Below are positions 19,063 through 26,445 of a DNA stretch of 40,000 nt, in pieces. The notes beneath the pieces were generated by a model that saw only the letters and a program-made list of their open reading frames with translations, made no database searches and had not been told where the DNA came from. Source of the DNA: Paraferrimonas sedimenticola (GTDB lineage Bacteria > Pseudomonadota > Gammaproteobacteria > Enterobacterales > Shewanellaceae); assembly GCF_002282855.1 (NCBI RefSeq), contig NZ_NRIR01000002.1:339196-379195 (forward strand), read 5' to 3'. Numbering within the stretch: position 1 is the stretch's first letter; each line of letters begins with the position of its first letter. Position numbers and translations under genes: made by a program.

Positions 19063-19953
19063 ATGTTAGTGGAGCGCGTGTGCGAACAACAGCAAGACGT
19101 TCAGGTTCACTCTCGAGGCAGCGATGGAGAACCTGCCAATCAGGCCAACGCCACCGATCGAGCCAAGCTGGCCCTGAGCAGCAATGTGTATCGCTATCGA
19201 GATTGCAAAATGGAGTCTTCGCAGGACTTGTTGGTGGTCGAGACGCCGGTGGCACTGGTATACAACGGAGTGTCGCACGTGGTGTTGATGTGCACTAATG
19301 ACGATCTTGAAGAGCTGGCAATTGGCTTCTCCTTGACCGAAGGCATTATCGAGCATCACAGAGACATTCACGACATCGAAGTTGTACCCAGTTGTCACGG
19401 GGTGGAACTGCACATTGAGATCGCCAATCGCTGTTTGCAAAAATTAAAATCGCTCAAACGCAATATGCTCGGACGCACCGGCTGCGGGATTTGTGGCACC
19501 GAGAGTCTGGAGCGATTCTCCAAGCCGTTTAAAGCGCTGCCAACGACGCAGAGTTTGGATATGGACAAAATTGATGCGGCGGTTGCCACACTCAAGCACA
19601 ATCAGGCGCTTAATCAAATGACTGGCGCGACGCACGCCGCGGCTTACCTCTCGAGCTCCGGGGAAATCCAGTGTGTGTTTGAAGACGTTGGGCGTCACGT
19701 GGCATTGGACAAGTTGATTGGCCATATTTGTGCGAAGGAATTTCGCGGAGGCGCGATTCTTGTGACCAGTCGAGCCAGTTATGAAATGGTGCAGAAAACC
19801 CTGATGGCGGGTATTGAAATTTTGTTGGCGGTATCAGCACCGACCGAGATGGCGGTGTCGCTGGCTAGACAAAACAACCTGACATTAGTGGGGTTTTGTC
19901 GCTCGGGGCGAGCCAATGTCTACAGTCAAATCTCCCGCCTCACTAGAGCTTAG
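19063..19953 (+). CDS. fdhD: Formate dehydrogenase accessory sulfurtransferase FdhD
   Basis: The 296 aa protein has ETPVALVYNGVSHVVLMCTNDDLEELAIGFSLTEGII and the GRTGCGICGTESL cysteine loop typical of FdhD. AGGGG lies 7 nt upstream of the ATG. Confidence 0.88.
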   Translation: MLVERVCEQQQDVQVHSRGSDGEPANQANATDRAKLALSSNVYRYRDCKMESSQDLLVVETPVALVYNGVSHVVLMCTNDDLEELAIGFSLTEGIIEHHRDIHDIEVVPSCHGVELHIEIANRCLQKLKSLKRNMLGRTGCGICGTESLERFSKPFKALPTTQSLDMDKIDAAVATLKHNQALNQMTGATHAAAYLSSSGEIQCVFEDVGRHVALDKLIGHICAKEFRGGAILVTSRASYEMVQKTLMAGIEILLAVSAPTEMAVSLARQNNLTLVGFCRSGRANVYSQISRLTRA

Positions 19954-19972
19954 GCGTGCTTAAGCTCTAGTG
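19941..19972. terminator. 12-bp perfect hairpin at the fdhD stop, in the convergent fdhD/hypA gap
   Basis: CACTAGAGCTTA-ggcgtgct-TAAGCTCTAGTG, with the fdhD TAG (19951-19953) in the left arm and loop. A second hairpin, GAAGCTAGC-N7-GCTAGCTTC (20009-20033), covers the hypA stop. Neither has a clear U-tract. Confidence 0.4.
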
Positions 19973-20012
19973 CTAGATAAGGCTAGAGCAAACAGGGAGT
20001 ACAAAGTCGAAG

Positions 20013-20384
20013 CTAGCCGGTTAAGCTAGCTTCACTCACTCTTGGTCCTAGCTCGAGCTGCATCAAGTACATATCTTCGCCGTCCACCACCTGAGTATTG
20101 CGTCCTCCACAGTCAGGACAAAGCACGCTGTACTCTTCAATGGTTTGGGTCTTTTGGCAGTCGTTGCATTTGAGCACTAGCGGCTGAATGTGCATCTCTA
20201 ATTCGGCTTCGCGACAAATACCCTCGAGCTTAAAAGTATCAAATGCGGTCGCTAGTAGGTCCGGCTCGACGCCACTGAGTACTCCGACTTTGATACTGAC
20301 GCGTTTGACTGAGTCGGCCTGGTGTTGCTGAGCTTGCTGATGGCATTGGTCGAGCAAAGCCAAAACAATCGAATACTCATGCAT
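20013..20384 (-). CDS. hypA: Hydrogenase nickel-insertion metallochaperone HypA
   Basis: The 123 aa protein has the N-terminal MHE nickel-binding motif and a zinc site, CNDC...CPDCGG. Confidence 0.88.
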   Translation of the reverse strand: MHEYSIVLALLDQCHQQAQQHQADSVKRVSIKVGVLSGVEPDLLATAFDTFKLEGICREAELEMHIQPLVLKCNDCQKTQTIEEYSVLCPDCGGRNTQVVDGEDMYLMQLELGPRVSEASLTG

Positions 20385-20538
20385 GCGGTTGATTTCCTGA
20401 AGGTATTATTGAAGACGCTCAATTGTCGCTTAATTTGCGCAAGTATAGGGTGATAGCGCTCGCGTTTTACGCTTGCGAAAGGTCGGAGAGCGGCGCGCAA
20501 CCGGGAAGTGTTAAGCGCCTTTTGTCTTTGAAAGTGTC

Positions 20539-20561
20539 GCTGCGCCCAACACCGGCGCAGC
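20539..20561 (-). other. Hairpin between hypE and hypA (GCTGCGCC-N7-GGCGCAGC)
   Basis: An 8-bp GC-rich perfect stem lies 14 nt downstream of the hypE stop on the minus strand, with no U-tract. It could be a partial terminator or processing site separating hypA from hypFBCDE. Confidence 0.3.
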
Positions 20562-20574
20562 AACAATCAAGGGG

Positions 20575-21570
20575 CTAGCAGATTCGAGGTAATAACTCGC
20601 CTTTGGGCATCTCCATGTACCGTTTAGAGTTCCACGGCGTGGTCAGCACCACTTTGCCCGCATGGGCTTCAACCAGCTCGCCTACACGGGCAGCGCTTGG
20701 CTGAATCGATTGCAGTAAGGCCAAGGCTTGCTCGGCCTGGGCCGGTTTTACCGCCAATACAAAAGTGCCTTCGTTGGCCAATTCAAGCGGCTCAAAACCA
20801 AATAGCTCGCACACACCCTGAGTCTCGGGTGCCACTGGCAGTTGGCTCTCGTCTACCGAAATACCTAGTTGTCTGGCGTGGGCCCACTCATTGAGCACAG
20901 CGGCCACTCCGCCACGGGTGGCATCGCGCATCGCCACGGGTTGAATGCCTGCCGCTAGCAGTTTCTCGACCGTGGGCCAAAGACTGGCGCAATCACTATC
21001 CGGCGCACCAGAGAGGTCAAACCCTTCGCGCTCAGCCAACAGACAGGCGCCGTGGCGTCCGTAGTCGCGAGAAATAAGCAGCACATCGCCTGCTTCCAGT
21101 TCTTTCCAGCTGGGTTTGCTGTGGCAATGGCCAACCCCTGTGGTGTTGATAAACAAACCGTCGGCGGCGCCCTTGGGGACAACCTTAGTGTCACCGCAGA
21201 CGATTTTGGCCTGATTGGTTTGCAGTTCCGCGGCCATCGAAGCCACCACTTTTTCCAGAGTCTCGATTGGCAAACCTTCTTCAATGATAAAGCCGCAACT
21301 GAGGTACTCGGGTTTGGCGCCGGCCATGGCCAGGTCATTGGTGGTGCCGGCAATCGCTATCTTGCCTAGATCGCCGCCGTTAAAGAACATTGGAGTAACG
21401 GTGAAACTGTCGGTGGTAAAGGCGACATCGCCATTGAAGGACAAACGCGCGGCATCTTCTTCTTGCGCCAAAATGTCGTTGTTAAAGTGGCGAAAAAAGA
21501 GGTCGCGGATCAGCTGATTGGTTTCGTCACCGCCACCGCCATGACTGAGTTGAATGTGTTTGGGTTTCAT
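20575..21570 (-). CDS. hypE: Hydrogenase maturation protein HypE (carbamoyl dehydratase)
   Basis: The conserved N-terminus MKPKHIQLSHGGGG begins at ATG 21570, whose ATGA overlaps the hypD stop. The ORF-track start at 21729 lies inside hypD. The PurM-like fold motifs are present. The protein is 331 aa and ends in the characteristic PRIC cysteine. Confidence 0.9.
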   Translation of the reverse strand: MKPKHIQLSHGGGGDETNQLIRDLFFRHFNNDILAQEEDAARLSFNGDVAFTTDSFTVTPMFFNGGDLGKIAIAGTTNDLAMAGAKPEYLSCGFIIEEGLPIETLEKVVASMAAELQTNQAKIVCGDTKVVPKGAADGLFINTTGVGHCHSKPSWKELEAGDVLLISRDYGRHGACLLAEREGFDLSGAPDSDCASLWPTVEKLLAAGIQPVAMRDATRGGVAAVLNEWAHARQLGISVDESQLPVAPETQGVCELFGFEPLELANEGTFVLAVKPAQAEQALALLQSIQPSAARVGELVEAHAGKVVLTTPWNSKRYMEMPKGELLPRIC

Positions 21571-22721
21571 TGTGCGATTTCCTCTGAAATGCGTCCATAA
21601 CGGTAGTAGGCGTTGCATGCGCCCTCTGAGCTCACCATACACGAGCCCATCGGGCGTTGTGGATCGCAGCCACGACCAAAGACCTTGCAGTCTTTTGGTC
21701 CGGCAAGGCCTTTGAGAATTTTTCCGCACAAACAGGCTTTGTGATCGTCAATCGGCGTTTGCGGTAACACCTCGGCGAAAACGTTTTCAGCGTCTAGGTG
21801 CTGCCATTCGGCTCTTAGCTTAAGTGCCGAGTGGGGGATGTCGCCCAAGCCGCGCCAGCGAAATTCACTGCGAGGCTCTAGGTAGGTGTCGATCAACTCT
21901 TGTGCTCTGGTGTTGCCCTCATTGGTTACCGCGCGGCGATATTGGATTTCCAATTCAGCGCGGCCATCAAGCTGCTGCTCAACCAACATTAACAGGGACT
22001 CAAGAACATCGACTGGCTCAAATCCTGCCACGACCAAAGGCGTTTTGTATTGCTCGACTGCCGGACGATAGATTTTGGCACCAGTGACCACAGACACGTG
22101 CGAGGGACCGATAAAGGCGTTGATATTGGCTTGGCCATCGGCCATTACCGCATCCATCGCTGGTGGTACTAGCACGTGATTAACGTGAAACAGCAAGTTG
22201 TCGAGTTTTAGCGCAATCGCTTGCTCGATGACCACAGCGGTCATGGGAGTGGTCGTCTCAAAACCGATCGCAAAGTAAACCACGCGCTTGTGCGGATTAT
22301 CGCGAGCGAGCTCGATGACATGCATGGGGTCGTATAGAGCGTGTACCTCAGCGCCTTGAGCGCGGGCTTGGGCCAGGCTCATGCGCGAGCCTGGCACTCG
22401 AATCATGTCTCCAAGGGTGGCCAGAATGACATTCTCTTGCTGAGCCAGAGCAATGGCGTGATCGATACGCTCTTTGGGCATCACGCACACCGGACAACCG
22501 GGACCGTGCACGAACTGAATCTTGTTCGAGAGTGCTTGCGGCAAGCCGTACTTCATGATCGAGTGAGTGTGGCCACCGCACACTTCCATGACTCGCATTG
22601 GCTGAGTCAGTTGTTCGGCTTTTTGATTAATCTTGGCGATCATTGATGCTATGGTGCTTGGGTCGCGAAACCCCGAGTAAAGCGCGTCCAGCGACATTTC
22701 GATAGGCTTAGACTCAGTCAT
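21567..22721 (-). CDS. hypD: Hydrogenase maturation Fe-S protein HypD
   Basis: The 384 aa protein has MEVCGGHTHSIMKYGL, the HGPGCPVCV motifs and FETT. It overlaps the hypC stop by 8 nt. Confidence 0.9.
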   Translation of the reverse strand: MTESKPIEMSLDALYSGFRDPSTIASMIAKINQKAEQLTQPMRVMEVCGGHTHSIMKYGLPQALSNKIQFVHGPGCPVCVMPKERIDHAIALAQQENVILATLGDMIRVPGSRMSLAQARAQGAEVHALYDPMHVIELARDNPHKRVVYFAIGFETTTPMTAVVIEQAIALKLDNLLFHVNHVLVPPAMDAVMADGQANINAFIGPSHVSVVTGAKIYRPAVEQYKTPLVVAGFEPVDVLESLLMLVEQQLDGRAELEIQYRRAVTNEGNTRAQELIDTYLEPRSEFRWRGLGDIPHSALKLRAEWQHLDAENVFAEVLPQTPIDDHKACLCGKILKGLAGPKDCKVFGRGCDPQRPMGSCMVSSEGACNAYYRYGRISEEIAQ

Positions 22722-22956
22722 GCAGCGCCTCGGATTTCTCTATCATTTCTCGATACAACTCAAGGCTCTCAAGCGCCGAGTCCTCATCAATCTTGCTCAT
22801 CGCAAAGCCCACGTGAATCAACACATAGTCACCGACTTGCAGTGGTTCCGCGATTAGGTGGGTACTCACTTCGCGCTGAACTCCCATGGTATCGACAGTG
22901 GCTTTCGAAGTCTCTGGATTGAACTCGACAATTTTAGAGGGGATGGATAAACACAT
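22714..22956 (-). CDS. hypC: Hydrogenase maturation chaperone HypC
   Basis: HypC family proteins start with Met-Cys. MCLSIPSKIVEF begins at ATG 22956, and the 12 extra codons in the ORF track would bury the essential N-terminal Cys. The protein is 80 aa. Confidence 0.88.
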   Translation of the reverse strand: MCLSIPSKIVEFNPETSKATVDTMGVQREVSTHLIAEPLQVGDYVLIHVGFAMSKIDEDSALESLELYREMIEKSEALHD

Positions 22957-22960
22957 GGAA

Positions 22961-23695
22961 TTAGGCCTTTTGCTCTTGCTGTAACCACTCAATTAGCGGT
23001 TGCAAGGTATCGGGTTGTTTAACTGAGATGGCAAAGATTGGTGCGTCAGGGTTAAGTTTGCGCACGTGCTTTTCGACTTCCTCTAAGCTGAAGTCAAAGT
23101 AGGGCATCAGATCCGTCTTGGTCACCAACACGGCGTCGGCTTGGCGGAACATCACAGGGTATTTTTCGACCTTGTCATCGCCTTCTGGGACGGATAGCAA
23201 CACCAGATTGCGATGCGTCCCCAAATCGTAGGTGGCAGGACACACGAGGTTGCCCACGTTTTCCACAAAGCAAATGTCTAGTGGCGCGAGGTCGATGTGA
23301 TGCAAGCCGTCGTGCACCATAAAGGCATCTAGGTGACAGGCGGAGCCGGTTTGGATTTGAATCGCCTCTACACCGGCGGCAATTAAGCGATCGGCATCGC
23401 GATTGGTTTCCAAATCGCCCTCGACTACCGCAAATTTCAGGTCTAGGTGCTGGCCGAGGCTCTCGAGCAGAGTGGTCTTGCCCGAGCCGGGTGAGCTCAT
23501 CAAGTTGTAGGCTTTAACCTGATTGCGCTCAAAGTGCTCGCGGTTGTGTTCGGCTTGATGATCGTTTTTGTGCAGAATTTTATGGATCATCTTAACCGTT
23601 TGCTCGTCGTTGAGCTGCGGGTTGGCGTGAACATTGGCGTCTTCTTTCTGCCCAGGCTTGGTGGCTTCTAATGAACAGCCGCAATCGGTACACAT
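22961..23695 (-). CDS. hypB: Hydrogenase nickel-incorporation GTPase HypB
   Basis: The 244 aa protein has the N-terminal high-affinity metal site MCTDCGCS, the P-loop SSPGSGKTTLL and a CH-type GTPase-domain metal site. It has no poly-His stretch. Confidence 0.9.
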   Translation of the reverse strand: MCTDCGCSLEATKPGQKEDANVHANPQLNDEQTVKMIHKILHKNDHQAEHNREHFERNQVKAYNLMSSPGSGKTTLLESLGQHLDLKFAVVEGDLETNRDADRLIAAGVEAIQIQTGSACHLDAFMVHDGLHHIDLAPLDICFVENVGNLVCPATYDLGTHRNLVLLSVPEGDDKVEKYPVMFRQADAVLVTKTDLMPYFDFSLEEVEKHVRKLNPDAPIFAISVKQPDTLQPLIEWLQQEQKA

Positions 23696-23788
23696 AGGTC
23701 TTCTCCTACTGTCGTTGGAATTTTAAAATCGAGAGTCTGTAAGGTGCGTTTGCAATGGCAAAACGCCCGTGAAACAAAGCGCGAGCTA

Positions 23789-26104
23789 TCAATTGTCATT
23801 GGCTATAGCTCCGTGTGTGGTTTCGCGATGAATGGCATACCAGAGTTGCCCTTGAGCAATACAACTGTCGTTGACGGGCGTGTTCTCTGGCCATAGCCAG
23901 CGTTGTCTGTGCTCGCCAAGTGCGCGATGCAGCGCTGCTAATAGCGTACGGTTTTGCATCACGCCGCCGCTGAATACTAGCGGTAGCTTGGGGTGCAATG
24001 CGGCAATCGAGGCCATGGTGTTGGCTAAGTTCTCAATAAATCCTCGAGCAAGCTTTGCCGCATCTATCTGATTGGGGCCCAGTTCGATAAGTCGAGCCAT
24101 TAAGTCGCTGCTATCAAGCAGACCATCTTCTTTGATGGACAGCGATAAGCGCTCACCCTGTTCGGTGGAGCAGGCGCTGGCAGCGGCCTCCAAGCGCATT
24201 CCCGCTTGACCATCAAACTGGCTCTGTTGGCAAACACCGGCGAAGCTGGCCATGGCGTCAAACAGACGCCCCATAGAGTTGCTGTACGGCGCGTTGATGC
24301 CCGCTTGCCACACTTGGTGTAACTGGGCCACCTGGGTTTCGGATTGCCCAAAGTGCTGCGCCCACCCTTGCGCTAGCACAGTGTTCAAGGGCAAGTACTC
24401 GAACAACATGGCCAGTGCCACACGATAGGGTTGTTGTATGGCTTTTTCCGAACCAATCAGGCGTACCGGCTTGAGGTGATAGCGCCGCTCAAACGAGTCA
24501 ACGTCAGCCACTAGCACCTCACCACCCCAAAGCTGATTGGACTCGCCCAGGCCAGTGCCATCAAACGCAAAACCCAGCACAGATGTCGAGTACTTGTGCT
24601 CGGCCATCACGGCTAATACATGAGCGTGATGGTGTTGCACCTGGTATAGGGATGCGTCATGAGTCTGCGAATAGTCTTGTGCCCACTGGCTCGATAGGTA
24701 TTGCGGATGCCAATCGCGCACCAAGGCTTGGGGTTTGATTTGGTAGGCGCTTTCGACTTGCGTCAAGGTGCGCTCGAAGTAGCCCAGGGTTTCTAAGTTG
24801 TCTAAATCGCCAATGTGTGGGCTGTGGACGATACGATTGCCAAAAGCGACGCTCAAGCGATTTTTCTGGTGAGCGCCGACCGCTAAAATCGGTCGCTCCA
24901 GTGGCTGTTCAAGGGCGTGGTAAAGCGGTGCCAGTCCTCGAGCTACGCGCCACCATTGGGGTTGTCCGTTGACCACTTGCACCACAGAGTCATCGCATGG
25001 GTTTTCTATAGGGCGGTTGTGGTCCAGCACCCCATCAAAGATGCCCTCGAGTTTGCTCATCAGCTGTGAGAGCTTGTGGATCACAGGCTCTCCAGAGCGG
25101 TTTGCGCTGGTCGCCACTAACGGGCGGTCAACCGCGTCTAGCAAGAGTTGGTGTAAGGGAGTGTAGGGTAAGAACACTCCGACGCGATCGATATCCGGCG
25201 CGACTTGTTTGGCTAATACGCTTGAGTCTCGCGCCTTCATGATAACAATCGGTCTGAGTTGGCTGGTCAGCATTTGCCATTCTTCTGGGTCTCCGCTGAC
25301 CAAGCTCTCGGCTTGGGCGCGATTGGACACCATGACCGCCAGTGGCTTGGCGGGTCGATGTTTGCGTTGGCGCAGACGAGCCACCGCTTGTGGGTTGGTG
25401 GCATCGCACATCAAGTGGTATCCGCCTAAGCCTTTTAGCGCCAACACCTTGCCATCGAGCAGCAACTGACGAGCGCGAGCGATGCATTGCTCTTGTTGGC
25501 ACTCTTGCGCTTTACCCTCACCATCGCGCCAAATCAGTTTGGGGCCGCAGTTTGGGCAACTGATGGGTTGCGCGTGATAGCGGCGATTTAGAGGGTCTTG
25601 ATAGGCGCGCAAACACTCGGGACACATCTCGAATTTGGACATGACTGTGTTCGGTCGGTCGTAAGGCAAATCGCGAATGATGGTGTAGCGCGGGCCGCAG
25701 TTGGTGCAATTGGTAAAGGGATAGCGAAAGAAGCGGCTGTTGGGGTCGGATACGTCGGCAAGACACTCTTTGCAGCTGGCCTGATCTGAAGCGATGGCGA
25801 CTTGATGCGCCGACTCATCGCGGCTTTTGACTATGGTAAATTCTGATTCACCAGGCTTGATTGCTAGGGGGTGTGTTGCTCTTGAGTCAACCATCGCCAA
25901 AGGCGGCAGTGAGTGCATTAAGTCATGCTGCAGGGCATCCAATGCACTAGGTGTGCCTTGCGCCTCAATGGTCACTCCAGACGCGTCGTTGAGGACGCTG
26001 CCGGTTAGCCCTAATTTATCCGCACAGCGGAACACAAAAGGACGAAAACCGACACCTTGCACGGTTCCGGTTAGGGTGATTTTTTGGCGGATCAGTTTAC
26101 CCAA
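23789..26104 (-). CDS. hypF: Carbamoyltransferase HypF
   Basis: The 771 aa protein has an acylphosphatase-like N-terminus (GTVQGVGFRPFV). Two zinc-finger repeats follow (CKECLADV..NCTNCGPRYT and CPECLRAY..SCPNCGP), then YrdC-like and Kae1-like domains. The start is probably TTG 26104, with AAGGAG 5 nt upstream. Confidence 0.9.
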   Translation of the reverse strand: MGKLIRQKITLTGTVQGVGFRPFVFRCADKLGLTGSVLNDASGVTIEAQGTPSALDALQHDLMHSLPPLAMVDSRATHPLAIKPGESEFTIVKSRDESAHQVAIASDQASCKECLADVSDPNSRFFRYPFTNCTNCGPRYTIIRDLPYDRPNTVMSKFEMCPECLRAYQDPLNRRYHAQPISCPNCGPKLIWRDGEGKAQECQQEQCIARARQLLLDGKVLALKGLGGYHLMCDATNPQAVARLRQRKHRPAKPLAVMVSNRAQAESLVSGDPEEWQMLTSQLRPIVIMKARDSSVLAKQVAPDIDRVGVFLPYTPLHQLLLDAVDRPLVATSANRSGEPVIHKLSQLMSKLEGIFDGVLDHNRPIENPCDDSVVQVVNGQPQWWRVARGLAPLYHALEQPLERPILAVGAHQKNRLSVAFGNRIVHSPHIGDLDNLETLGYFERTLTQVESAYQIKPQALVRDWHPQYLSSQWAQDYSQTHDASLYQVQHHHAHVLAVMAEHKYSTSVLGFAFDGTGLGESNQLWGGEVLVADVDSFERRYHLKPVRLIGSEKAIQQPYRVALAMLFEYLPLNTVLAQGWAQHFGQSETQVAQLHQVWQAGINAPYSNSMGRLFDAMASFAGVCQQSQFDGQAGMRLEAAASACSTEQGERLSLSIKEDGLLDSSDLMARLIELGPNQIDAAKLARGFIENLANTMASIAALHPKLPLVFSGGVMQNRTLLAALHRALGEHRQRWLWPENTPVNDSCIAQGQLWYAIHRETTHGAIANDN

Positions 26105-26445
26105 TGCTGCTCCTTTGACGGCTTTCCATTGACCGTTTTAGCCCTTGATAGGGCGGTTTTTCTTAGCTCTAGTTAGTCAGTATATGTAGGGTGCTGTTCG
26201 AATACTGAGATCAAGGTCTAACTGTCTGTGTGGTTGGCAGTTTTTGTGAAGTTTGGGGAGTTATGAGCCGAAGCGAAGCTGGTGTAGGCCCTTGTGCTGG
26301 GCTAATTAGTGCCCAAGGTTCGAGATTGGCTGAATTTGCCGAAGAAGCGTTGTAAACTAGCCTAATCCTTAAAAAGACTGTGGGCTATAGTGCCCATAGT
26401 TTGTTTTTGTGCCTTTGATATTGGTTTTTGGTAAACGCTCAGGTA

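Noticed and set aside
20409-20422. An FNR/CRP-like inverted repeat (TTGAG-CGTC-TTCAA on the minus strand, 8/10 to TTGAT-N4-ATCAA) lies upstream of hypA.
   Set aside because: Its centre is only ~31 nt from the hypA ATG. A class II site at -41.5 would put the transcription start inside the coding region, so the geometry is incompatible.
21571-21729. The ORF track extends hypE 53 codons upstream (a 384-aa version). It likewise extends hypC by 12 codons (22957-22992) and hydN by 28 codons (13735-13818).
   Set aside because: The extensions lie inside the preceding gene or the leader and lack an SD. They would also bury conserved N-termini: MKPKHIQLSHGGGG for HypE, the obligatory Met-Cys for HypC and MNRFVFADPSQC for HydN. 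Downstream ATGs were used.
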